Part shown: positions 20,086 to 29,992 of the stretch, piece after piece | How the letters are laid out: every line of letters begins with the position of its first letter | Position numbering within the stretch: position 1 is the stretch's first letter | DNA from: a virus | Taxonomy: Duplodnaviria; Heunggongvirae; Uroviricota; Caudoviricetes | IMG/VR virus record: IMGVR_UViG_2939521961_000018 | DNA: 64,000 nucleotides | Reading direction: 5' to 3' (one strand) | The notes under the pieces: model-generated | Told to the model about the DNA's origin: nothing | The model's input: the letters and a program-made list of their open reading frames with translations, nothing else | Database searches by the model: none | Made by a program: the position numbers and the translations under genes

Positions 20086-22446
20086 ATGAAAAGTATGCAA
20101 TCAAAAACGGGCTCTCCACTCGTTCGAACTGAAGCCGAGCTAGAAAGCCGGCTTACTTCAGCACTAAACATAGCATTTCCTAACATTCCTCGCGAAGATC
20201 TTATCGAACAGCGCCATTTTACCGTTCGGCTAGGCCATGGAACTTACAAAATAGATAGCGCCGCACACTGGAAAAAATACGGGCGAGCGGATGTTTTGAT
20301 CTTTCATCGGGAGAGACCACTTGCGGTTATTGAACTGAAACGTGAAGACCTGACACTGACCCATGATGATTATGAACAGGCTCAAAGCTACGCTAACCAG
20401 TTAACACCACGTCCGCCTCTCGTTGTAGTTACGAACGGTAAAGATACGCGCGTTTATGACTCAAGTAATGGACAACAGTGGTCGGGTGGACAGGATGCCT
20501 CGGCAGCGGTAAACAAGATGCTCGCCAATTCTGCAAAGTTGGCGGCGGCTGACATGCGCTGGGCTATTGAAGCCTTGATGGGGCGAGAAACTAATGCTTG
20601 GGTGCCAGCTGTGCGAGAAGAAACAGCCCGGCTGCTGATTGATATAACTGATCAGCCTGGGCATTCAGAACATCCATTTGCCAACAACCTACTTTTTCCT
20701 CGCAAAATCACGTCTCTTGTAATTGAATCTGCTGTGATGGGTACAGCTTTCACTATCATTGAGGGTGATGCACAAAGCGGAAAAAGCAGTTGCCTCCGTG
20801 AAATTTCGCTAAAAACGGAAAGTAGCGATCTTTTGGCTGTCCTGATGTTACGAGGTTCCGGACCAGGACTATTTCAGGCTCTGGCCAATCTTTTTGCAGC
20901 TGAATTTGAATGGAATTTAACCTCAAATGATGCACGTAACTGGTTAAGACGAATGTCTAACTGCACTGAAGGTCCATCGCTTATGCTTGCTATCGACGAC
21001 GTTGAACCAGGCTCCCAAATGGCTACTGATCTTGAGGAACTTGCGGGTATACGTTTTGGCAACAGGCTGGTGGTTGTTCTGACGACCTATCATGCCAACG
21101 CGTTACTGAAAAATCCAAACGGACGAACTCCGTCTGCAATTGGTAGCCGGTCGAAGGTATTTAAAACATCGCCTATGTCCCTAGATGAATTTAAGCTGGC
21201 GCAACAGATTCTCTCGGACCAGCGGATAGTTTTTCAACAGGGAGCAGAATACGCCGATGACTACCGCTCGCCTTGGGTTCTTCGCACTATTTATGATGAC
21301 ATTGTGCGCAATCATCAATACCAGAAAACGGATCTTATCGCCTATCTTCCTCCATCACCCGGTATGGAACTTATAGATGCTGCGCAAAAGAGCTATGAGA
21401 GTCAGTATGATCTTCTTCGTTATTATCGGGTTCTTGCACGCTGCGCACTAGCTGACACAAACTCCCACTCAGTAGAATTAATGTTTGCTAAAGCGAATGG
21501 ATTTGTCGTGCGGTATGACGCACTTTCTGACGAAGCTCGTGGTGTAGTGAATGAGTTAAAACATATGGGGGCAGTTCGTATTTTTCGCCTTTCAGGATGG
21601 GAAGATGTTGTGGTGCCGACAGTTCCCGCAGCTTACCTTCTGGAACTGTCGGATGCTGTTTGTGATGAACTGGTTTTACGGGCAGAACAAGACCCTCAAG
21701 ACGCCGGGGCTTGGCTTGGCGAACGGCTAGACGCCACTTATCTTGGAGATATGATCGGTGCTCAAGCCATACGCCGTATGGCAGCTAAAGAGAGATATTT
21801 CAGCTTTGGAATTATTCAGGGCCTTCTCAGCATTGAGCCATATAAAGAACCTATAAAAAACGGATTGTTTACTTTAGCCATGCCAGACAACCAACAAGTC
21901 AATCTAAAGATTGAGGATGGATTAGCGTGGATTTCTAAACACGGGGATGATGCAAAGAGTGTTCTGGTGAATTTAGAGGATCAAATCCCAAAGGTCATTT
22001 CTAAATCAACCAGTTGGATGATACTCGGGCAACTAGCGAAACTGCCGTCAGCAGAGGTGGGTGACGATGATCAGCGTATAGACGCCTATATTTTACTGAG
22101 CATTGGGCGCTGCCCATTTCCTCTAATTCGCACGAATATAGAAGGATTGCCTTACTTTGAGCATAATTTTGGCGATCAGGGTGATGTTCTTTGCCTAGAA
22201 AAAGCGTCTATTGAAGTTGCTACTCAGGCGATGGCTGATTTATTTTCAGCCCCATGGCTCTATGCGGACCAGTGGGTGGATACAGCTATCGCGACCGGTT
22301 CTATACATTTACTGCATCGTTTGTTTGCTGCTTTAAACACAGTGATATTGCGTAGAATACCCGTGCAATCCGACTGGGCTAATGAAGCACTTAATCAACG
22401 TGTCTCACCAGCCCTTAAGGAAGCCATACGATCATTATCTTCGTGA
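20086..22446 (+). CDS. Nuclease-NTPase fusion: N-terminal PD-(D/E)xK domain plus P-loop (STAND/NACHT-like) NTPase plus C-terminal helical domain
   Basis: N-term GRADVLIFHRERPLAVIELKRED (D...ExK core); Walker A IIEGDAQSGKSS; Walker B LMLAIDDVE; then ~450 aa of unassigned sequence. Confidence 0.6.
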   Translation: MKSMQSKTGSPLVRTEAELESRLTSALNIAFPNIPREDLIEQRHFTVRLGHGTYKIDSAAHWKKYGRADVLIFHRERPLAVIELKREDLTLTHDDYEQAQSYANQLTPRPPLVVVTNGKDTRVYDSSNGQQWSGGQDASAAVNKMLANSAKLAAADMRWAIEALMGRETNAWVPAVREETARLLIDITDQPGHSEHPFANNLLFPRKITSLVIESAVMGTAFTIIEGDAQSGKSSCLREISLKTESSDLLAVLMLRGSGPGLFQALANLFAAEFEWNLTSNDARNWLRRMSNCTEGPSLMLAIDDVEPGSQMATDLEELAGIRFGNRLVVVLTTYHANALLKNPNGRTPSAIGSRSKVFKTSPMSLDEFKLAQQILSDQRIVFQQGAEYADDYRSPWVLRTIYDDIVRNHQYQKTDLIAYLPPSPGMELIDAAQKSYESQYDLLRYYRVLARCALADTNSHSVELMFAKANGFVVRYDALSDEARGVVNELKHMGAVRIFRLSGWEDVVVPTVPAAYLLELSDAVCDELVLRAEQDPQDAGAWLGERLDATYLGDMIGAQAIRRMAAKERYFSFGIIQGLLSIEPYKEPIKNGLFTLAMPDNQQVNLKIEDGLAWISKHGDDAKSVLVNLEDQIPKVISKSTSWMILGQLAKLPSAEVGDDDQRIDAYILLSIGRCPFPLIRTNIEGLPYFEHNFGDQGDVLCLEKASIEVATQAMADLFSAPWLYADQWVDTAIATGSIHLLHRLFAALNTVILRRIPVQSDWANEALNQRVSPALKEAIRSLSS

Positions 22447-22622
22447 CTAAGCAATGGGATTTTAATACATAACGAGCATCTGTCCACGCAAGTTAACAAT
22501 TGCCTTGGCTCGATATTTTGGTTTCTAGTGCATATATGCTGATCTTCTCTTCGTTGATCTGATCTTACCCACCAATAGTGGACACAGGACTAAGTGAGTA
22601 AACTCTCAACCAGAGGTGACTC

Positions 22623-22922
22623 ATGACAAAACCAGTATCAATCAGCAAGAAGCCCCGTGAACAACATTCGCCTGAATTTCGTAACGAAGCCCTGAAACTC
22701 GCTGAACGCATCGGTGTGGCCGCCGCAGCCCGTGAACTCAGCCTTTATGAATCTCAGCTTTATGCCTGGCGCAGTAAACAGCAGCAACAAATGAGTTCGT
22801 CAGAGCGCGAAAGCGAACTGGCCGCTGAAAATGTCCGCCTTAAACGACAACTGGCGGAGCAGGCTGAGGAACTGGCCATCCTCCAAAAGGCCGCGACATA
22901 CTTCGCGAATCGCCTGAAATGA
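22623..22922 (+). CDS. IS3-like OrfA
   Basis: [32 protein letters not shown] close to IS3 InsE. Confidence 0.85.
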   Translation: MTKPVSISKKPREQHSPEFRNEALKLAERIGVAAAARELSLYESQLYAWRSKQQQQMSSSERESELAAENVRLKRQLAEQAEELAILQKAATYFANRLK

Positions 22923-23762
22923 AGTATGTCTTCATCGAAAATCATCGGGCAGAGTTCTGCATCAAAGCGATGTGTCGTGTACTTCGGGTTGCCCGCAGCG
23001 GCTGGTATGTCTGGCTCAGGCGTCGTCACCAGATGAGCCTTCGCCAACAGTTTCGGCTCACCTGCGATGCCGCTGTCCATAAGGCATTCTTTGAGGCAAA
23101 GCAGCGATACGGTGCTCCCCGCCTTGCTGACGAACTGCCGGAGTTCAATATTAAAACCATTGCCGCCAGCCTGCGTCGTCAGGGGCTGCGGGCGAAAGTT
23201 CAGCCCGGTCAGCTACCGTGCACATGGCCTGCCCGTATTGGAGAATCTGCTGGAGCAGGACTTCAGCGCCAGAGGCCCGAACCAGAAGTGGGCGGGTGAC
23301 ATCACGTACTTGCGTACCGATGAGGGCTGGTTGTATCTCGCAGTAGTCATCGACCTGTGGTCACGCGCCGTCATTGGCTGGTCGATGTCACCGCGAATGA
23401 CAGCACAACTGGCCTGTGATGCACTACAAATGGCGTTGTGGCGGAGAAGACGCCCGGAAAGCGTCATTGTTCATACGGACCGTGGTGGTCAATACTGTTC
23501 AGGGGATTATCAGGCGCTGCTGAAGCGACACAACCTGCGTGGCAGTATGAGTGCGAAAGGCTACTGTTATGACAATGCCTGTGTGGAAAGCTTCTTTCAT
23601 TCGCTGAAGGTGGAATGTATCCACGGGGAACGCTTTAGCAGCCGGGAAATAATGCGGGCAACGGTGTTTAATTATATCGAGTGTGATTACAATCGCTGGC
23701 GTCGTCACAGTGCCTGTGGCGGTCTCAGCCCGGAACAATTTGAAAACCATAATCTCGCTTAG
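22919..23762 (+). pseudogene. IS3-like OrfB transposase, frameshifted
   Basis: N-terminal part in frame 2 (22919-23299) and DDE core in frame 0 (23067-23762); the frames switch near 23200-23215, beyond the normal orfA/orfB slippery site. Confidence 0.7.
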
Positions 23763-25182
23763 GGCCGTGTCCACATTACGTGGGTAGGATCAATTTTCCT
23801 GATGACCCCATCGACATAGTATTTTTTCAAAGCAAGAATTGCCTTCTCGCTATGTATTCCTGATAGCTTGATCAGGATATCAAAGTCTCTTTCAGATATA
23901 TTCCCCTTTGTCATGTGTCACTCCATGAATCAAATTTCATAGTAATCAATCTTTCTTTGATCGACTTATAGATAATAAGATCAGAAATGATAAAAAAGTA
24001 ACGCATATTTCTTCTCGTCATGTCTACTTATAAAATTCAAATGAACTAACCTGAACTACTTACACTGGAATATCATTATATTGGAATAATTATAAAACTG
24101 AACAAAATGGTCAATGTAATCTGGTTAATTTATAAATATTTACATTGCGTGATGATATTTAATTCCAGTGTTAAGTAATGTCACATGCCTATTATTGGTT
24201 ACTACTTTGTAGGTGTTTTGGTTCGGCGTTAATATCATTGGTCATAATCACCTGTGAAAGTTTATTCTTGAAATGTTATAGGTATATTACTTGCAATTAA
24301 AAATGAGAAATTTATTATTATTGTGTTTTGCAAATATAATAATTAAAAATTTATTATAAATTATGATTAGAATTGACAATATAAAAGAATAATAAAACTC
24401 AATATGAAAATAATTATCATCTGGTTTGATACTTTTGCTGTTGATTACAGGAATAAAGTGTCAGAATAATATTGTTATTGGGTAAAAAAAGCCTCCACTA
24501 TATGTGGAGGCAAACCCTTAGATAGTTCTATTGAGGCAAGTATGTTATAAATCTGCCTTATCTTTTATAGCATATAAAGATATGTATGCTATATTTTTTT
24601 TGAAGAAATTTTTCCAGAAATTACAGTAATACAAGAAATATTAACTGGTGTGATTTTTGGATGTTTAATAAGTACAGTGTACTTATATTTTTGTAATAAA
24701 GATGAACGCGTCCTTTAGATAAACTGAAAAATATTAAGCATGTCTCATGTGGTTTTCTGAATCAAAACTCTTTTCAGTCTTTGATTTTTTGTTAAAAACA
24801 GGTTTATTGCAAGGGTGTTGTTGTGAAATGTGTTTTGGTGTCGTTGTGATTTTATGGTGATAATGTGAATTTTTATCCTTTCAAGATGGCTCCCTGGACG
24901 TTAAATACAGTGGAAATTTATATTAAGATATAAATATAACTATTGCGTTATTTAAATTATTGTCTATTACAGCTCCAGTTAATAGAGCCTGAAGTAATTT
25001 CTTAGTATTTCATCATAAGCGTTTATCTATCGTCTCTTTCTAAATTAACCGGTCGTATTACAAGGTGCTGAATCTGATTAAGGAATGATACTTAGGGGAT
25101 TATGGCTGACTTAATAATTAGATAACTGATAAATGACTATCAGGGGGATATCGTTAAGTCAGCCTTTAAAATCAAGCGATTA

Positions 25183-25623
25183 TATAGCTGGTGACTCTTT
25201 TCGAAGAGCATCAAGGTAGTCAGCGTACCATTGCATCATTTCTCGTCTTCCTTCAAGGTAACGAGCATGGTTGTATGTACCACGAATGCTGTTTTTGTCC
25301 GTATGTGCAAGTTGCATTTCAATCCATGCACTATTGAATCCTTGCTCGTGTAGAACAGTACTCATTGTATGACGAAATCCATGCCCGGTAGCTTTTTTGT
25401 CATAGCCAATCTTCTTCAAAACCATATTGACGCTTGCATCGCTGATAGGCCTGTTAACATCATTTCTTCCGGCAAAGATGTATCTGTATCTTCCAGTCAG
25501 TTCTTTGAGGATTTGCAGAGACTGGATTGCCTGATCTGACAGAGGGACGATATGCTCCTTCCTCATTTTCATCCGGGTCGGAGGAACTTCCCATATCTTT
25601 TGGGTAAAATCGATCTCACACCA
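25183..25623 (-). pseudogene. P4-type tyrosine integrase, 3' fragment (C-terminal 147 codons) truncated by IS600
   Basis: Catalytic C-terminus HGFRHTMSTVLHEQGF...IRGTYNHARYLEGRREMMQWYADYLD; reading frame enters from the IS600 end at 25624. Confidence 0.8.
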
Positions 25624-25666
25624 TGAGGTGTACTGGCAATAGCGGACACTACCATTTGTTCTTTTT

Positions 25667-26485
25667 TTAAGCAGCCATCTGATGATATTTTTCCCTGAAG
25701 GCTGCCGGGGAGATATTCCCCAGACGAGAGTGACGACGCTGACGATTGTAGAAAATCTCAATGTATTCCCGTATTACTGAGATGGCTTCATCCCGGTTAT
25801 TAAAACGATAGTGGCTCAGGCTCTCATTTTTCAGCGTTCCCCAGAAGCTTTCCATCGGAGCGTTGTCGTAACAGTTACCTTTACGCGACATTGATGTTTT
25901 CAGACCAAACTGCTCCTGTATGACCCGGTAATCGTATGCGCAGTACTGTGAACCTCGATCAGAGTGGTGGATTAGCCCGGCAGGTGGGCGCTGGCTCCTG
26001 AGCGCCATAAACAGAGCTTTACCTGTCAGCTCTTTTGTCATGCGCTCTCCCATGGCGTAGCCGACAATTTCGCACGTATAAACATCTTTGATGCCAGCGA
26101 GGTACAACCATCCCTCCTGTGTGGCAACATACGTCAGGTCCGCCACCCAGACCTGATTTGGTGCTGTAGGAGCGAACGTCTGGTTCAGCAGATTTGGCGC
26201 AACTGGCAGATTGTGGTTCGAGTTCGTAGTCGCTCTGAACTTGCGTTTCTGCTTACAGCGTAGCCTTAGCTCCTTACGAAGACGTGCCAGTCGGTCACGA
26301 CCAACGATGATGCCATTCTCTGCCAGCTCCGTCTGGAGCCGCCGGGTTCCATATGTTTCGCGAGTGCGGATATGTGCCACCTTAATCTCCAGTTTTAGCC
26401 GCTCATCACTTTGTTTTCTGTCTGAGGGTTCATGCTGTACCCAGTTGTAATAACCGCTCCTGGATACACCAAATACCTGACACAT
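25667..26485 (-). CDS. IS600 OrfB
   Basis: Identical protein to 3198-4016. Confidence 0.9.
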   Translation of the reverse strand: MCQVFGVSRSGYYNWVQHEPSDRKQSDERLKLEIKVAHIRTRETYGTRRLQTELAENGIIVGRDRLARLRKELRLRCKQKRKFRATTNSNHNLPVAPNLLNQTFAPTAPNQVWVADLTYVATQEGWLYLAGIKDVYTCEIVGYAMGERMTKELTGKALFMALRSQRPPAGLIHHSDRGSQYCAYDYRVIQEQFGLKTSMSRKGNCYDNAPMESFWGTLKNESLSHYRFNNRDEAISVIREYIEIFYNRQRRHSRLGNISPAAFREKYHQMAA

Positions 26486-26520
26486 CGCTTCAATGGGAAA
26501 TTGTTGTCGCCATTGTTCGA

Positions 26521-26823
26521 TTAACGCGTATTTTTCAGCGACTCCTGTGCAAAATACGCTGTTGCTTTTTTTAATATATCTCGCTCAAGGCGAGCTTCAT
26601 TTAACGCCTTACGCAGTTGCAGAATTTCAGATTCCAGTTCAGCCACCGTGCGGGAACCAGGAGTACCGAGCCCTTTTCTGGCGGCGGTAACCCATTGTCC
26701 TAAAGTGCCTTCAGGAAGAGATAATCGGGAAGCGCCTTCACTGATCGAAAGTTGATTTTCAAGAACCGTTCTGACAGCTTCGGCTTTGAACTCTTTAGAG
26801 TAACGTTGGGTTTTTCTGCTCAT
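26521..26823 (-). CDS. IS600 OrfA
   Basis: Identical protein to 2860-3162. Confidence 0.9.
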   Translation of the reverse strand: MSRKTQRYSKEFKAEAVRTVLENQLSISEGASRLSLPEGTLGQWVTAARKGLGTPGSRTVAELESEILQLRKALNEARLERDILKKATAYFAQESLKNTR

Positions 26824-27306
26824 TATTAGCTCCTTCTGATGCCATTCTATTTCAGGAAGGAGTGTCCGTTAAACTCAGGCTACCTCATATCTCCTTCGTT
26901 ACCGATTAATTCTTTCATCTGACGAATGAATTCTTCGTCTGACCAGTTATCTGTGAAACTCATTTCCTGCGATACCACGGAAGGTTGATAGCTGATTTCA
27001 TCGCTTTATTTGCTTCAAGCCACATTTTTGAATCACCAATAAATCTGGCTATTACTGCTTTGTTTTGTGCCGCACGAAGCATCTGGTGATTAATGGCTAT
27101 TTCATTGCGCATAACGCCTCCAGTTGTTTCTTTGCTGCTCTAATTAATTGTTTAACTCGGCGTGATAATTCAGATTCGTGCGGGTAGAAAGCGGACATGA
27201 CGCCGCTACCCGCGAGCTGAAAGTGCATCATGGGTAACTCCTTATATTTGATTGCATAACGAAAACGCCTCGAGTGAAGCGTTATTGGTATGCGGTAAAG
27301 CCGCGC

Positions 27307-27672
27307 TTAGGCGGCTGATGTTTCTTCTTTCAGGCTTTCGAGATATTTACGTGGGTCGTCGTAACATTGGCATTCGCTGTACCAATCCACCCAGCGATCA
27401 GTAAGCCCCACCTCTGATAAATCTTCATCGGTAAGGCTCTCATCCCACATCTCAAGGCCGTTAGCATTGCAGTAATCAGGCTTGATGTTGTTGTCATACT
27501 GAAAGGCGTCATAATCAGCCAGTGCGCCCATCAGGCGAACACCCTCTTCAACACTTGCCACTTCTGCAATGAACGGTTTCATAGGTACTTGCGGGATATG
27601 CCAGACACGTAATTTCATATTTCCTCCGTCAAAAAAATCGCCCTCACATTGGAGGGCAAAGAAGATTTCCAA
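27307..27672 (-). CDS. Phage early-left hypothetical protein
   Basis: 121-aa ORF; likely true start at MKLRVWHIPQVPM (about 27618); acidic C-terminus. Confidence 0.45.
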   Translation of the reverse strand: MEIFFALQCEGDFFDGGNMKLRVWHIPQVPMKPFIAEVASVEEGVRLMGALADYDAFQYDNNIKPDYCNANGLEMWDESLTDEDLSEVGLTDRWVDWYSECQCYDDPRKYLESLKEETSAA

Positions 27673-27761
27673 TAATCAGAACAAGTCGGCTCCTGTTTAG
27701 TTACGAGCGACATTGCTCCGTGTATTCACTCGTTGGAATGAATACACAGTGCTTATTCGTA

Positions 27762-28232
27762 CTAATAAAATACCCAATTTTCTGTTTCTTGGTTGTGTCC
27801 AAAGTTATATTCAATATCTGGTGTTGATGTATCAATATTTTTCATCCCATCAACAAGAGTTGATACAACAGCCAAATCTTGTTTTATTCTCATTAAATGG
27901 TATTTCTTCCGGCGCAATAAACTTTCAATAGCAAGTTTCTTCGTTGGGAATGCAAAAGATCTTTCTGCATTTTTTGCTACTTTCTTAATTGCATATCTAT
28001 TTCTCTTTTGTTTCCATTCCTGTAACCACTGATTTGGTGCTGGTTTAAAATTAACAATCCAATGCGCAGGAACCAACCATGCATAATGCTCTGTCTGATG
28101 AAAAGCTATATATTGAAGTGCGAATATTTTGATTCCATCTTCTTCAACTGTCGCCTGGAATCTCCAGAAAACAGGCATTCCATCATGTTCAGTTTCTGAT
28201 TCAGGAAAAGGTACGCTCCATGATTTTGTCAT
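27762..28232 (-). CDS. Hypothetical protein, AT-rich moron candidate
   Basis: 156-aa ORF, AT-rich, divergent from the 28433 gene. Confidence 0.45.
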   Translation of the reverse strand: MTKSWSVPFPESETEHDGMPVFWRFQATVEEDGIKIFALQYIAFHQTEHYAWLVPAHWIVNFKPAPNQWLQEWKQKRNRYAIKKVAKNAERSFAFPTKKLAIESLLRRKKYHLMRIKQDLAVVSTLVDGMKNIDTSTPDIEYNFGHNQETENWVFY

Positions 28233-28432
28233 ATCTCACCTCAAATAAGTGGTTTGCTGTCTAATTTCATTTTCTGGCGACCAACACAAGTCACACCCAT
28301 TTCACTGCGTGGCTTGCGGTAGTAAAGATTGTGCCTGTCTTTTAACCACATCAGGCTCGGTGGTTCTCGTGTACCCCTACAGCGAGAAAAATAGTAAAAT
28401 CCTCTTACCCCTACAGTAAGAGAGTAATTTAT

Positions 28433-28927
28433 ATGGATGTGTTATCTGGTATAACTGCCGCGAAACAGGCTTATGATCTGCTGAAGACAATAAAAGAAAC
28501 CAGAGACGATGCTGTTATCGCTAAAGCTATTGGTGATCTACACCAAAGAATAACTGACTTACAGATGCTTAATGCGGAGCTCTCTGGCCTTTATCAGGCC
28601 GAGAAGGAGATCGCAATGAAGCTTCGAGATGAAAATAGAAAAATCAAGATGTTTGTTGTGCAAGCTGAGAATTATGAACTTCATACAACTGAAGGTGGTT
28701 CTGTCGTGTATCGACCTAAGAGTCATTCCGATCCTTCTATTCAGCAGCATAACCTTTGTGCACATTGCTTCGGCGAACATAAAATATCGATACTTCAACC
28801 AAGCACGGTTACTATAAAATCTAATGGGTTCTTTGTGCATTCATGTCCTCGCTGTAAGAATGAATACCGGATGTATAGAGCGCCAGACCCTAAGCCTGTA
28901 TATGTACCGCCGCTGACAAATTATTAA
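28433..28927 (+). CDS. Hypothetical protein with coiled-coil N-terminus and C-terminal Cys4 zinc-ribbon-like motif
   Basis: CAHCFGEH...HSCPRCKNEY; opposite strand to the early-left operon. Confidence 0.45.
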   Translation: MDVLSGITAAKQAYDLLKTIKETRDDAVIAKAIGDLHQRITDLQMLNAELSGLYQAEKEIAMKLRDENRKIKMFVVQAENYELHTTEGGSVVYRPKSHSDPSIQQHNLCAHCFGEHKISILQPSTVTIKSNGFFVHSCPRCKNEYRMYRAPDPKPVYVPPLTNY

Positions 28928-28957
28928 TTTTATTCCTGAAATGGCCTCTTCACCCCC

Positions 28958-29320
28958 TTACTTTGTCAGGGGGATATCTCCTTCAGTTTTGACCATTCGC
29001 CTTAATACTTTCCTTAAGTCGATGTAAAGTTGAAGGTCTCCATTTGCTGCGGCATCAGCCATTTTTTGCCTGACAAGCAGTAATGTTTCATACGGCTCAA
29101 TAAGAATATCGTCATGAGTAATTAGGTGAAGCGTTGCCGCATCAACTATTCCTAGAGCTGCGCCAAGTATCAAAAATTCCCTGCTATTTTTGTCGCATGA
29201 GGAGATAAGCGTATTTAGCGCATACCTAATATTCTTTATAGCTGTTGTTAATGCTGCAATTTCTTCTATGGCGTCTTCTCCAATGAGCTTTTTAAGCTCA
29301 TATTTTTCTTCCTGACCCAT
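28958..29320 (-). CDS. Phage early-left hypothetical protein
   Basis: ORF-track ORF 28958-29404 trimmed to MGQEEKYELKK so that it starts just after the N stop. Confidence 0.4.
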   Translation of the reverse strand: MGQEEKYELKKLIGEDAIEEIAALTTAIKNIRYALNTLISSCDKNSREFLILGAALGIVDAATLHLITHDDILIEPYETLLLVRQKMADAAANGDLQLYIDLRKVLRRMVKTEGDIPLTK

Positions 29321-29322
29321 AA

Positions 29323-29595
29323 TTACCTCGCCGTCAGTTGTTTTGATTTCCGGTAGCCTGCCGCGTAAATGGCTACGTTTGGCAGGCAAATACTTCCACT
29401 GCATTCATCTGCCTTCTTGCAGCGAAGGCTTCCGAGTGATGCTGCTTTATCTGCTCTGACGCAACCAGAGAGCTTTAGCGCAATTTTTCGTGCCAATCGC
29501 TGTTCTTGCATTGCCTGTTCACGTTGAGCCTGTCTGCGTGCTCTGCGGCGATTTCTGGCGTTATCGTCAGCCAGATATGTAATGACTACTGTCAT
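29323..29595 (-). CDS. N-type transcription antiterminator (P22 gp24-like)
   Basis: Arginine-rich motif NARNRRRARRQAQREQ near N-terminus; C-terminus LPNVAIYAAGYRKSKQLTAR matches recalled P22 gp24 end; lies between OL/PL and the early-left genes. Confidence 0.7.
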   Translation of the reverse strand: MTVVITYLADDNARNRRRARRQAQREQAMQEQRLARKIALKLSGCVRADKAASLGSLRCKKADECSGSICLPNVAIYAAGYRKSKQLTAR

Positions 29596-29702
29596 GTTGA
29601 CCTCCGATGATTGACTTTGGCGGTGACGCGCCGCGTGCTTATCTTCCGGTTGCCGTCTTGCAGCTGCACTTCACGTCACCCCAAAGCCAACTACTCTTTG
29701 GT

Positions 29703-29750
29703 TCCCGCATTTCGGCGGGACAATCCCATCAATGTTAAAGAGCCTGCCAA
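29703..29750 (-). promoter_or_regulatory. nutL (boxB hairpin plus boxA-like GCTCTTTAAC)
   Basis: boxB UCCCGCCGAAAUGCGGGA (minus-strand RNA), same hairpin as nutR; boxA-like element 20-30 nt on the promoter side. Confidence 0.5.
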
Positions 29751-29792
29751 TCTGTTCCGTTTGGCTTCCAGCGTCCTGCTGATGGCTTAAAG

Positions 29793-29875
29793 ATAACTTA
29801 GGTTATAGGTGTGGTCAATAACCTAATTTATATTTTATGGTGAATAGGTTATAAGTGATGGATAACAAAGGTATT
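29793..29875. promoter_or_regulatory. OL/PL operator region with repressor operators of form ATAAC-N4-GTTAT
   Basis: ATAACTTAGGTTAT (29793-29806), ATAACCTAATTTAT and GATAACAAAGGTAT; same motif as in OR. Confidence 0.5.
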
Positions 29876-29992
29876 TTATTTTTGTAAATGTTGCTGATTG
29901 ATTGGTGTTTGAGGGCTTGCGTGCGGGGTGAAGGTGTTACCTTTGGCTTGATGCTTGTCTATGATGAGGATGGTTGATTGGGTGGTGAACGG

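Larger units (their letters stand above)
22560..23792 (+). mobile_element. IS3-group insertion sequence (IS3-like), degraded
   Basis: Ends TGATCTTACCCACCAATAGTGGACAC and CACATTACGTGGGTAGGATCA resemble IS3 IRs; orfA and orfB homologous to IS3 InsE/InsF; flanking triplets ATC/ATT do not form a clean duplication. Confidence 0.8.
25624..26887 (-). mobile_element. IS600 copy 2, 1264 bp, no target-site duplication (flanks CCA / TAT)
   Basis: Same ends as copy 1; flanking triplets differ, so this copy is a recombination or deletion junction. Confidence 0.9.

Noticed and set aside
21270-21290. YADD tetrapeptide in the 786-aa protein, reminiscent of reverse-transcriptase motif C (considered with the nearby retron-like element)
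   Set aside because: No other RT motifs; the region lies inside a protein with clear Walker A/B NTPase motifs, so the match is treated as coincidental.
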